The notes under the pieces: generated by a model
Database searches by the model: none
Told to the model about the DNA's origin: nothing
Seen by the model: only the letters and a program-made list of their open reading frames with translations
Part shown: one piece after another, positions 1 through 11,579 of the stretch
Layout: each line of letters begins with the position of its first letter
Position numbering within the stretch: the stretch's first letter is position 1
Made by a program: the position numbers and the translations under genes
From: Mustelus asterias
Taxonomy: Eukaryota
DNA: 64,000 nucleotides
NCBI RefSeq assembly: GCF_964213995.1
Contig: NC_135805.1
Location: forward strand, 96,162,001-96,226,000
Reading direction: 5' to 3'

Positions 1-1164
1 AATTGAAAGAATAGATTGCTAGTAGAGAACATTGGACGTTTTGCAACATTAAACAGGCTATATTAATGCAAGTTGTTATTGTTCTACATAATTGTTTATG
101 AGAGCCAGTTTTGTTCCTAAGAAATGGGACAAACAAATTCTAGATTATGTAAAACATAATGGAGGAAGTTTGCAATCTTCAATAGGGTAAAATAAAATGA
201 GATGTTGTTAGCCAGGAAGCTCAACTATTGCATTTTTGAACCGTGGATTTTATGGTTTTAAAGCCCTGTAGCTCAGATCTAATCATTCTTTTAAGGTTCC
301 CCTACGTTGAAATTGCAAAGATGCAATTATATTAATACAAAGACATATGTACAATAAATGCAATAAGACCACAATCTAGCTCTCACTAGCAGCTGAAAAT
401 ACAGGATATCAGATAAAGCTGAATATTCCTTATGAAAGAATGCTGAACAACAAACTAATTAATCTCTGCCATACCTTGCAACAAAACAATTTTACAGCAA
501 CATTATTTGCGCTGAGGTCTACAAGATGAATAACTTTACTCACAGTGGGTATTCATAAAATAACTCTGAATTCCAATACCAACAACTTGTTAATCTTACA
601 GCAGCCTTGAGCTGATGCATTCAAGATGTAAGTGACAATGGCATGGGCCATTCAGCTTTATCACCAGTGGCACTTTGTCACCCAAGGGCACTACGCCATG
701 AGAGAGCTTGCCACCTTGCTGGGCCACTTCACGACATGATTGTCCTTGCCAGGGGTTTTGCCACTGGAAACATTCCTGTTGGGGAAAAAAGAGGATATTA
801 AAGGGGTAAAATTCAGCTCTCATAAGAGAATAAAATGGATGGGAGTGAATCAGCCACCCATTATGCATCTTGCCAGATGAAATATATAACCGGCAGCCGA
901 TTCACTTTGGCTCAGTTTAAATTCTTGTTGGAGTCAACTCTCACTCACTAAAGCTCCAAGTGCAGGGTCTGTACATTCAATATCATACATAACCTATAGG
1001 CAGAACATTTCCCTCCAGCCATCAAGCTTACACTCCAGAATGGAAGATTCCATCCATCATATCTTTTCACAGTAGGAATTCAGTGACAAATTTATCCTGC
1101 AATAAATGTAATTCATTTATAAATTAAAAGCACAAACCATCTTTAAGAAGATGTGGGTATACCC

Positions 1165-1437
1165 TGGGCGGCATGGCAGCACAGTGGTTAGTACTGCTGC
1201 CTCACAGCGCCAGGGAACCGGGTTTGATTCCTGGCTTGTGTGGAGTTTGCATGTTCTTCCCGTGTCTATGTGGGTTTCCTCCGGGTGCTCTGGTTTCCTC
1301 CCACATTCTGAAAGATGTGCTGGTTAGGTGCATTGACCTGAACAGGTGCCAGAGTGTGGCAACTAGGGGAATTTCACAGTAACTTCAAGGCAATGTTAAT
1401 GTAAGCCCTACTTGTGACTAATAAAAATAAACTTTAA
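1165..1437 (+). mobile_element. tRNA-derived V-SINE (HE1-like head) with an alternative 3' tail
   Basis: A-box (GCACAGTGG) and B-box-like (GGTTTGATTCC) motifs, V-domain TGTGGAGTTTGCATGTTC...GGGTTTCCTCCGGGTGCTC; tail GGGGAATTTCACAGTAAC...TTGTGACTAATAAA also present at 42424-42712. Confidence 0.85.
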
Positions 1438-1449
1438 ACAATTAAGATC

Positions 1450-1752
1450 AACGCTTGTTGCCTATCACTAATTGCCCTTGAACTGAGTGATTGACTAGGC
1501 TATTTCTGCGGGTTCAGAGTCACATGCAGGCCAGATTTCATTCCTTAAAGGACATTAGTGCATCAGACAGGTTTTTACAACAATCAATTATGGTTCCATA
1601 GTCGACATTACTGATACTAACTTTCAACTCCAGATTTTCTTTATTGAATTTGAATCCCATGAGCTGCCATGGTGAGATTTGAACCAGTGTCCCCAGGGCA
1701 TTAGCCTAGTCTTCTGTAGTTACTAGTCCAGAGGCATTACCAGGACACTGCC
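1450..1752 (-). mobile_element. Second tRNA-derived SINE family
   Basis: Minus strand reads GGTAATG..CTGGACTAGTAA...GGTTCAAATCTCACCATGGCAGC...AAGGGCAATTAG; homologous copy at 17545-17905; tail matches the LINE 3' ends at about 33880, 43510 and 48920. Confidence 0.75.
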
Positions 1753-2124
1753 TTCTCCCCTAATGATGGGAATCTGAAATACAAGTAGTGGGGCCCTGAT
1801 TATCACTGGGTGTGGGTTTTGGAGCAAGGTGAGGAGTTATGATCATCCAATGCTGATGCCTAGATTTCCTCAAATGCAATGGAGTTCTAAACAGATTCCC
1901 TGCCCAGGAGTCAGACTGATTGACATATAGAGAGTGCTTAAAGAAAGGAATAGAACAAAACATAGGGGAACAGAAAAATACTGATATGAGACTGGAAGTA
2001 AAATGCTTGAACGGAGAAAAAGAAATAATTAAATACCTGAAGGAATAATAACAAAATAATAGGAAGAAGTATAACAAAAAGCAAATTAAAAGTCTTTAAG
2101 GGATCCAGAAAATGTGCAAATAAT

Positions 2125-2950
2125 GGGGGCGATTTTTCCAGAAAAATTCAAAATGTCCAGTGGGTGGGAAAACCTCCCGTTTTCCCGCCCATTTTTTTGG
2201 CAAGCTGAGTTGCATGAATTTATGGCACTTTGTGCAATACAGAGGCCATTAGGCGATTCATGCCATGGGTGGGGTGGGTGGGGTGGGCGGGGGGGGGGGG
2301 GGGGGGGGGGGGGGTGGGGGGTGGCGGTGGCGGGCGGGGGATTGCAAAGCTGAAACCTGCCAGAGAGACCGGCAACAGAGTGCTCAGCAAATCATCGGGC
2401 ATGCGCCGAGATTGGCTGGCATCACCCCCCCCCAGACATCACTGGTCTCCCGATCATCCTCCCCACCCGATAGCCCTGACCCCCACCCACTGCAATCATC
2501 CCCAACCCCCGATCACCAGTCCCACCACTAGCCCCCACCTTGGCAGAGTCCTCCCTTCCTTCCCATCCTACCTTTCTCCCCCACCAAGTCTTCCTCCGCC
2601 CTGCCCCCTTTGAGGCCCCACCCCCTCAGTCCCCACCCTTTTGGCACTGCCTGGTGGGCACTGCCAGTGTGCCAGGCTGGCATTGCCAAGGTGCCTGGTG
2701 GATACTGCCCAAGGGGTACTGTCCCCCTACCCCTGAACTCCAGTCCCACTGGTGAGGCTATCACATCTGGTTTCCATTGCTGGGGAACAGCCGTGGTCCC
2801 CATTGGTGAGAACCTTCTAACCTTCACCGGCAAAATCCAAGTGAGCCTGGACAATAGCGTCCGAGCTCACTAAAGACATTTAAGTTAGGGCTGAATATTA
2901 AAATCAGCTTCGCAACATTCCCCGGCACGTAAAATAAAAATGGCCCGGGA
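2125..2950. mobile_element. GC-rich non-autonomous DNA element (Harbinger-type MITE) with G- and C-rich tracts
   Basis: Begins GGGGCGATTTTTCC, like the other GGG..GATTTT termini in the window; right boundary uncertain. Confidence 0.45.
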
Positions 2951-2969
2951 GAATTGAGAACTGCCAGAT

Positions 2970-5070
2970 GAACAAAGAACAAAGAAAATGACAGCACAGG
3001 GACAGGCCCTTCGGCCCTCCAAGCCTGCACCGACCATGCTGCCCGACTTAACTAAAACCCCCTACCCTTCCGGGGACCATATCCCTCTATTCCCATCTCA
3101 TTCATGTACTTGTCAAGACGCCCCTTAAAAGTCACTACCGTATCCGCTTCCACTACCTCCCCCCGCAACGAGTTACAGGCACCCACCATTCTCTGTGTAA
3201 AAAATCTGCCTCATACATCTCCTTTAAACCTTGCCCCTCGCACCTTAAACCTATGCCCCCTAGAAATTGGCTCTTCCACCCTGGGCAAAAGCTTCTGACT
3301 ATCCACTCTGTCCATGCCTCTCATAATCTTGTAGACTTCTATCAGGTCTCCCCTCAACCTCCGTTGCTCCAGTGAGAACAAATCAAGTTTCTCCAACCGC
3401 TCCTCATAGCTAATGCCCTCCATACCAGGCAACATCCTGGTAAATATTTTCTGTGCCCTCACCAAAGCCTCCACATCCTTCTGGTAGTGTGGCGACAAAA
3501 ATTGAACACTATATTCCAAGTGCGGCCTAACTGAGGTTCTATAAAGCTGCAACATGACTTGCCAATTTTTAAACTCAATACCCTGGCCAATGAAGGCAAG
3601 CATGCCGTATGTCTTCTTGACTACCTTCCCACCTGCATTGCCACTTTCAGTGACCTGTGTACCTGTACACCCAGATCCCTTTGCCTATCAATACTCCTAA
3701 GGGTTCTGCCATTTAGTGTATATTTCCTATCTGTATTAGACCTTCCAAAATGCATTACCTCACATTTGTCCAGATTGTCCATCTGCTATCTCTCTGCCCA
3801 CGTCTCCAACTGATCTATATCCTGCTGTATCCTCTGATAGTCCTCATCGCTATCCACAAATCCACCAACCTTTGTGTCGTTCGCAAATTTACTAATCAAT
3901 CCAGTTACATTTTCCTCCAAATCATTTATATATATTACAAACAGCAAAGGCAGCACTGATCCCTGAGGAACACCACTTGTCACAGCCCTCCATTCAGAAA
4001 CGCACCCTTCCACTGCTACCCACTGTCTTCTTTGACCGAGCCAGTTTTGTATCCAGCTTGCCAGCTCACTTCTGATCCCACGTGACTTCACCTTCTGCAC
4101 CAGTCTGCCATGAGGGACCTTGTCAAAGGCCTTACTGAAGTCCATGTAGACAACATCCACTGCCCTACCCTCATCAATCATCTTCATCACTTCCTCGAAA
4201 ACTCGATCAAGTTCGTGAGACATGATCTCCCCTTCACAAAACCATGTTGCCTCTCACTAGTACGTCCACTTATTTCCCAGTGGGAATAAATCCTGTCTTG
4301 AAGAATCCTCTCCAATAATTTCCCTACCACTGATGTAAGGCTCACCGGCCTGTAATTACCTGGATTATTCTTGCTACCCTTCTTAAACAAAGGAACAACA
4401 TTGGCTATTCTCCAATCCTCTGGGACCTCCCCTGTAGCCAGTGAGGATACAAAGATTTCTCTCAAGGCCCCAGCAATTTCCTCCCTTGCCTCTCTCAGTA
4501 TTCTGGGGTATATCCCATCAGGCTCTGGAGACCTGTCTACCTTGATGTTTCTCAAGAACCCCAATACCGCCTCCTTTTTGATCTCAACATGACTCAAACT
4601 ATCTGCACATCATTTCCCAGACTCATCATCCACCAAGTCCTTCTCTTTGGTGAATACTGACGCAAAGTGCTCATTTAATACCTCGCCCATTTCCTCTGGC
4701 TCCACACATAGATTCCCTCCCTTGTCCTTGAGTGGGCCATCCCTCTCCCTGGCTACCCTCTTGCTCTTTATATATGTGTAAAAAGCCAATGCTTTTTCAT
4801 GACCCCTTTCAGCTCTTCTTACTCCTTACTTAAGTTCCTTTCTACTTTCCTTGTATTCCACACTTGCTTCGTGTGTTCCCAGCCTCCTAGCTTTGACAAG
4901 TGCTTCCTTTTTCTCTTTGACTAGGCTCACAATATCTCTCGTTATCCAAGGTTCCCAAATCTTGCCATACTTATCCTTCATCCTTACAGGAATGTGCCGG
5001 TCCTGAATCCCTATCATCTTACACTTGAAAGCCTCCCACATGCCAGATGTTGATTTGCCCTCAAACATCT
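2970..5070 (-). mobile_element. 5'-truncated CR1 LINE (ORF2 RT region, frameshifted)
   Basis: ORF fragments contain NYRPVSLTS, DFSKAFDKV, GVPQGSVL, KFANDTK, RPHLEY; microsatellite tail (TTCTTTG)n at 2970-2985. Confidence 0.95.
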
Positions 5071-6084
5071 GGGTGGGAATCAGATTTTTAGCCTCCCGCT
5101 TATATTTCCTGCCCCGCTATGCTACTCAACCAGTGTAGTGGGGTGGGAAATTCACACTCATTGAGCCAAGCGCAGCATCCACTGTATTTGGCTTTTGTTG
5201 CAGGGGTAAAGCACAGATGTGGAAACAGGAAAACTTGACCCAACATTCTAAAAAGAAAGTTGATCAACAAAGGTGAAGACAGCCCCACTGATGGAATCTT
5301 CTACTCCCAGACAATTTGGCACTGGCCTTTTTTGGAGATGGAATATAAAAGTAGAGAAGTATTCCAACTGTACTGTGAGACCACAACTGGTCCCAGGGAT
5401 GAAAGTAACTTACATTTTTTACCAGTATGAACATATTGCACGAATAATTCATGAGAAATATTCATAATTAATTGCTGTCTCTTTAATGTGAGATGAACAC
5501 ACAGAACATGTGAGATTCCAGACCCTACTTAGATGTTTTACTGGACACCTTACTCAAAATTAAAACTGCGTGCAGATTGGGTAGTAACAGGCACAGATAC
5601 CCTTATAGCTGTTGGGGCCCCTTTAAGTGAAGTGTGAAGCACAACTCACTGACACCGTCACCTCCCCCCCCCCCCACTCCCCAAACCTCTTCCACACCCC
5701 CCCCCACCCCCCCCCCCCCCGCCCCCCACCCCACCTACATCACAAGCCCAGGGCCAGGGATTCACACATCCCAGTTTCATTGTTGGGACAGTACTCATTG
5801 TAATATTTGTATCGATTACAGACTGGCAATTGCAGCTGCTCTGGATTGGCCAAAACCCCTGGCCTTGGAGACTGTTGTTAACAACATTGCCTATTGAAAT
5901 TAATTGCAGTTTCTAGGGAAAGTGGTCAGTTCAGAATCTCACGGTACCAGCTAAGTTGGCGCACTTTGGAAAACTTTATTTTCCAAACCTGTTTCGTTGC
6001 TGATTTGCAAGCCCCCTCAGTTGACTAGCCTGTTGACTCTCGATTACTAGATTGTCACTTTCAGCCACCTTCTTACCTCTGCTA

Positions 6085-6852
6085 GGGCTGGATTTCATGG
6101 GGGCACATATACCTTTACTCCTCGCCCCTTTGCAAGAGTTGGTCAGCAGCCGACTCAGCTAAAAGAAACCTGCCCTGCAGCTATAAAACACACTGCTGGC
6201 TGCCTAACCAGACTGAGGGTGGGACTTCAACCTCTCAGTGAGAAGTCATATCCTCAAGAATGGTCAGTCCAATTGACTAGCAGCTCTAGCAGTCCCAGCA
6301 GTGCCAGAGCTCAGTAGTGGGCTCTGCTGGGACTGCACGTATGCCCAGTAGGAAGAACAATGGCATTCAAAGTGAGGTAAGTCCTGAGATTTGAGAACGG
6401 AAGGGGCTCCAGCAACCTATGGAGGGGGGTGGGAGGGCAAGTTTTGAAGGTTGGGCAGAAGGAACAAAGGAGCACATTAGCTTGGGTGTTGAGGCATCCT
6501 GATGTATACAGGACACCACCTGAAAGATGTACCCATTTTTCCTTCCCATCTATTAAACAGTCTGCTTAAAAAATGGCATGCCCACTCCCACTTGGCTGCC
6601 TATGTCAATCATAATATGGTGTGGACATCATATTATCTGGGTGATTGGCTTGGTAACAAGCTCAATTAATCCTTGATTATTTCTTTAACATTGGTGGGTG
6701 TGCTGCTGATTTTGTTGCCTGCTTGACTATCATGTTATGGGGGCAGCTTTAGGGTTGGCCAGACAATGGTGGCCTTGCCACCTCTCATATTTTATCTGCT
6801 TCCCCCGCTCTCAACAAAAAACATGCACATTGGGGGCTGTAGAATCCAGGCC
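6085..6852. mobile_element. Harbinger-type MITE
   Basis: Imperfect TIRs GGGCTGGATTTCA ... TAGAATCCAGGCCC. Confidence 0.5.
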
Positions 6853-7096
6853 CTGGAGTAGTGCGTTGAGTTTTGGTCTCCTTATTAAAAGAGGGAAACT
6901 TGCATTGAAGACAACTCAGAGAAGGTTAATTAAGTTGATTTTTGCGGTGAATGGGTTGTCTTATGAGGAAAGCTTGAGCAGGTTGGGCTGATACTCATTA
7001 TTGGACTTTATGAAAGGTGATCTTATGAAATGACAACAATGTAAACTGGTCCCTAATAGAGCCTTTTAAATATGTAAATTGACTTTGTTCAATTAC

Positions 7097-7355
7097 AGCC
7101 TTGGGTCACTGTCTGTGTGGAGTTTGCATGTTCTCCCCATGTCCGCACGGGTTTCCTTCGGGTGCTCTGGTTTCCTCCCAAGGTCCAAATATGTGTGGGT
7201 TAGGTTGATTGGCCATGGTAAATTGACCATTAGTGTCATGAGGATTAGTAGGGGTGAGGTTACATGGGGCCAAAGGGATAGGGCCAGGGTGAGATTGTTG
7301 TTGGTGCAGGCTCGATGGGCTGAATGGCCTCCTTCTGCACTGTAGGGATTCCATA
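7097..7355 (+). mobile_element. HE1 SINE, 5'-truncated
   Basis: V-domain plus CR1-like tail GGGCTGAATGGCCTCCTTCTGCACTGTAGGGATTC. Confidence 0.85.
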
Positions 7356-8421
7356 ATTCCTCAGCAGTGACCATCTCTCCCATGGCCTCTGATTGGGCTG
7401 GCAGCATGGAGATCTTACCTGCCACCCTTAACTAAACAGCAGACCTGCAGGCAGCCAATGAGAGCCCTCCCCTGGTAAAATTGCCAAGCAGGTCCTGCTG
7501 CCAACAGGTGAGGTCTTGGGACCTGCCTGGCATTGAGGTCCCCACTTCACCTGGCAAAATTCAGCCTGTTGACTTGTCTATTCTCTCTGTCAATACTCCC
7601 TAACTTGCTGAATGTTTCCAACATTTTTTGTAATTCATTTATGAGTATTTTTTTAATTAGCTTTATTGGTGGATTGATAGTGGTTACAAGCAGAGACCTG
7701 GTTGAAAATAAAACTATGATGAATGATTGGTATCAAAGAACGATTGTGCCATTATCTTTGTTTTCCACAAGGCTGATGGAGTACCTCACAGGCTATCTCG
7801 TTTGCTGAACAGCAAATATGATAGCCTTTTGCGATAGCAATAAAACAGAACAGATTGCAATTTCTTGTTTCGCAATACACACTTTGTCGGTATTACAAAA
7901 ATGCAGTTCCAGTAAGTAATAAAGGGAAAGTAACATCAGTGCCTAATGTGGCCAAACACAAGAACACGTTTATCGTCTTTCACAGAATGTAGCCAATGAA
8001 ATATACCTGGTCACAATGACAGCTATCTTCTCTTTTTGGATACATAAAGCTGGAGATTAATGACTCCCTTCTGTTATCATTCTCACATTTATTTGGTTGA
8101 CGATAATATCCTTTGCCTCTCTTCAAAGTTGTGACATACATGCAAGCTTTTTTAAAATTAAATTAAGTCTGCACCTCATGGCAAAAGATTACAATGTTAA
8201 ACATAATACAGGGTCAAATAGCTGCCATGTAAATATCCATGGAACTATTTTTTAGTGACATTAGGATGTTCTTAGTAACTTTTGCAATTTTGTTGCAAAA
8301 TAATAGCCTTGTGACGTAAATGTGATTGCAATTTACTTTCAAAATGTTTTTGCCGCCGTGAAACATTTGCCACTTACTCTTGAAAGAAATTGGATGGCAC
8401 AAATGAAGCATTTGTAGAATA

Positions 8422-9604
8422 GTTTGATAAGGTGCCCCATAAAAGGCTGCTGAAGAAGATTAGGGCACACGGAGTTGGGGGTAGTGTGTTAAAGTGGATT
8501 GGGGACTGGCTATCCGACAGGAAGCAGAGAGTCGGAATAAATGGGTGTTTTTCCGGTTGGAGGAAGGTAACTAGTGGCGTGCCGCAGGGATCGGTACTCG
8601 GGCCGCAACTGTTTATCATTTATATAGATGATCTGGAGGAGGGGACGGAGTGTAGGGTAACGAAGTTTGCAGACGACACAAAGATAAGTGGAAAAGTGAA
8701 TCGTGTGGAGGACGGAGAAGATCTGCAGAGAGATTTGGACAGGCTGAGTGAGTGGGCGAGGATATGGCAAATGGAGTATAACGTTGAGAAGTGCGAGGTT
8801 ATACACTTTGGAGGAAATAATAACAAATGGGATTACTATCTCAATGGAAACAAATTAAAACATGCTACCGTGCAAAGGGACCTGGGGGTCCTTGTGCATG
8901 AGACGCAAAAGCCCAGTCTGCAGGTACAACAGGTGATCAAGAAGGCAAATGGGATGTTGGCCTATATTGCGAGGGGGATGGAATATAAAAGCAGGGATGT
9001 CTTGATGCACCTGTACAGGGCATTGGTGAGGCCGCAGCTGGGATACTGTGTGCAGTATTGGTCCCCTTATATGAGGAAGGATGTATTGGCATTGGAGGGA
9101 GTGCAGAGAAGGTTCACCAGGTTGATACCGGAGATGAGGGGTTTGGATTATGAGGAGAGGCTGAGGAGATTGGGTTTGTACTCGTTGGAGTTTAGAAGGA
9201 TGAGGAGGGATCTTATGGAGACTTATAAGATAATGCGGGGGCTGGATAGGGTGGAGGCGGAGAGATTCTTTCCACTTAGTAAGGAAGTTAAAACTAGAGG
9301 ACACAGCCTCAAAATAAAGGGGGGTCGGTTTAAGACAGAGTTGAGGAGGAACTTCTTCTCCCAGAGGGTGGTGAATCTCTGGAATTCTCTGCCCACTGAG
9401 GTGGTGGAGGCTACCTCGCTGAATATGTTTAAAGCGCGGATGGATGGATTCCTGATCGGTAAGGGAATTAAGGGTTATGGGGATCAGGCGGGTAAGTGGT
9501 ACTGATCCACGTCAGATCAGCCATGATCTTATTGAATGGCGGGGCAGGCTCGAGGGGCTAGATGGCCTACTCCTGCTCCTATTTCTTATGTTCTTATGTT
9601 CTTA
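8422..9604 (+). mobile_element. Young 5'-truncated CR1 LINE
   Basis: Open RT C-terminal frame, 3' UTR and (TTCTTATG)n tail; near-identical to the reverse complement of 15966-17146. Confidence 0.97.
8432..9505 (+). CDS. CR1 ORF2 C-terminal fragment (reverse transcriptase), no native start
   Basis: 357 aa open frame with GVPQGSVLGP, FADD, YCVQYWSP. Confidence 0.85.
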   Translation: MPHKRLLKKIRAHGVGGSVLKWIGDWLSDRKQRVGINGCFSGWRKVTSGVPQGSVLGPQLFIIYIDDLEEGTECRVTKFADDTKISGKVNRVEDGEDLQRDLDRLSEWARIWQMEYNVEKCEVIHFGGNNNKWDYYLNGNKLKHATVQRDLGVLVHETQKPSLQVQQVIKKANGMLAYIARGMEYKSRDVLMHLYRALVRPQLGYCVQYWSPYMRKDVLALEGVQRRFTRLIPEMRGLDYEERLRRLGLYSLEFRRMRRDLMETYKIMRGLDRVEAERFFPLSKEVKTRGHSLKIKGGRFKTELRRNFFSQRVVNLWNSLPTEVVEATSLNMFKARMDGFLIGKGIKGYGDQAGKWY

Positions 9605-9609
9605 GTTGT

Positions 9610-9808
9610 GATAGAATCTTATAGTGCAGAAGGAGGCCATTCGGCCCATCGAGTCTGCACCAACCATAATCCCACCCAGGTCCTATCCCAATAACCCCAT
9701 TCATTTACCCTAGCTAGTCTCCATCACACTAAGGGGCAATTTATCATGGCCAACCCACCTAACCCACACATCTTTGGACTGTGGGAGGAAACCGGAGCAC
9801 CCGGAGAC
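9610..9808 (-). mobile_element. HE1 SINE 3' half
   Basis: Reverse complement of the HE1 body and tail. Confidence 0.85.
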
Positions 9809-9814
9809 ACAGAA

Positions 9815-9984
9815 ATGCATTTAAATCGTCGGGTCGCCCGATTCAGGCGTGGGCCGGACCCACGCGATCTGTAAAGCCGCGATCTGCTCGGAATCGGGTG
9901 CAGATCGCGGTATAGGCCCGCACCCAACTTTATCGGGATTTCGTGCCCGAAAACGGGCATGAAGTTTTGGTAAAATCAGGCCCA
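9815..9984. mobile_element. Terminal fragment of the GGGCCCGATTTTACCA MITE family
   Basis: Ends TGGTAAAATCAGGCCC; homologous to 59630-59817 and to the reverse complement of 44024-44175. Confidence 0.65.
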
Positions 9985-10529
9985 CTGTTTTGTGATTGCA
10001 GCGCCATTTTTAAAGGGCACCCCTATCTCAGTGTTTGCAGACAGGTGGTGACCCACCCACCAAAATTTAAATGGTGCCCCCCCCCCCGCCCCACAAATGG
10101 CCAGGGGAGCACCACCAAACCCTCAGCAAAGAGGGACATCCACCCCCCCCACTACTCAAATCAGGTGTCATCCCCCACCCCCCCACGCGAGGGTAACCAA
10201 ACCCAAACCTCCTGAGGACACCACTCAGACCCCCCACACATGCACACCTTTAGGCCACACACATGGGGCACTATCTGCTCGCACCCAGGCACTGACATTC
10301 TGGCCTGGTATCTTGGGCCCCGAGGGCTGTTGCGGGGTGGGGGGGGTGGGCTGTGGTCAAGGCGATAAGTCCAGTGCCCATGTGCACTCTGCTGCTGACA
10401 GGCTGCAGATGAAGGATCCTCCGGGGGTTATGGGCGTTGTGTGGTCCTGGGCTGGAGGCAAGGGGTTAATCTTGCCTCTCTCTCCTGGGATGGGCATCTC
10501 GTGGCTGGACCACCCCTTCTAGCCCTGGT

Positions 10530-10846
10530 AGGGTGGCACGGTGGCACTGCTGCCTCACAGCGCCAGGGACCCGGGTTCAATTCCAGCCTCGGGTCACTGT
10601 CTGTGTGGAATTTGCACGTTCTCCCAGTGTCAGCATGGGTTTCCTCTGGGTGCACCGGTTTCCTCCTACAGTCCAAAGATGTGCCGGTTAGGTGGATTGG
10701 CCATGTTAAATTGCCCCTTCGTGTCAGGAGGACTACCAAGGTAAATACTTAGGGTTACGGGGGTATCGCCTGGGTGGGATTGTTGTCATTCCAGGCTTGA
10801 TGAGCCGAATGGTCTTCTTCTGCACTTTAGGGATTCTATGATTCTA
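10530..10846 (+). mobile_element. Near full-length HE1 SINE
   Basis: GGGTGGCACGGTGGCAC head, GGTTCAATTCC B-box, V-domain, GATTCTATGATTCTA tail. Confidence 0.9.
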
Positions 10847-10879
10847 TTACCTGAAGATCACCCCTGGCATGGTGATTTC

Positions 10880-11105
10880 ACAGTCAGAAGTCTCACAACA
10901 CCAGGTTAAAGTCCAACAGGTTTATTTGGTAGCAAAAGCTACTAGCTTTCGGAGTGCTGCTCCTTCATCAGGTGAGTCACCTGATGAAGGAGCAGCACTC
11001 CGAAAGCTAGTGGCTTTTGCTACCAAATAAACCTGTTGAACTTTAACCTGGTGTTGTGAGACTTCTTACTGTGTTTACCCCAGTCCAACACCAGCATCTC
11101 CACAT
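10880..11105 (+). mobile_element. Miniature palindromic Penelope-like insertion carrying two hammerhead ribozymes
   Basis: About 195-bp near-perfect palindrome (10879-11073, centre 10976) plus an unpaired 3' tail; TSD CATGGTGATTTC at 10868-10879 and 11106-11117; homologous to the 3' end of the PLE at 62020-62146. Confidence 0.9.
10977..11013 (+). ncRNA. Minimal type I hammerhead ribozyme (mirror copy on the minus strand at 10939-10975)
   Basis: TCAC-CTGATGA-A-GGAG(cagca)CTCC-GAAA-GCTA-GTGG: core boxes, stem II, palindromic AGCT stem III, stem I TCAC/GTGG. Confidence 0.8.
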
Positions 11106-11579
11106 CATGGTGATTTCTGACAGCTCTATGATCAACATCTTCATTAATGCCTGCCAGTTGAAGTGGTCAGCTCACTTTAATCTCTATGTCTCCTGGACAC
11201 CTGGCAAGCTTTTAAATTACAGTGGCACTTCATTCTTCAGCAGAGATTTTCCTTTCTCTCTGTCAGAAGTTGCTGGTGAGAGTAAACCCCTTTGAAGTAT
11301 TCTGACAGAGAAGAAGCTCTCCACATCTGTTCACTCAACTCCAATGGATTCACACAGCTTTTATTTGAAGTCTCTGAGCCTTACTGGAAAGCATAATCCT
11401 TTGAAACTCTTTCTATTCCATTGTAAACCTTTGATTTATTTCAATTTCATAGTGCAGTCCTTTAAAATAGTCTTTGGTTGACATTTCAATGGATTTCTAT
11501 TCAGCCTCCAGTCAGCTGTGTTTATTTACCTTTCCCTTTGCTTTTGAATGCATCTCAAATACCCCCATTGTTCCCAAAG

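Noticed and set aside
2114-2873. Gly/Pro-rich ORFs
   Set aside because: Produced by G/C homopolymer tracts in a MITE-like element; no coding signature
7771-7836. Acceptor-like TTTTCCACAAG followed by a short frame
   Set aside because: All frames stop within about 22 codons and no homology is recognised
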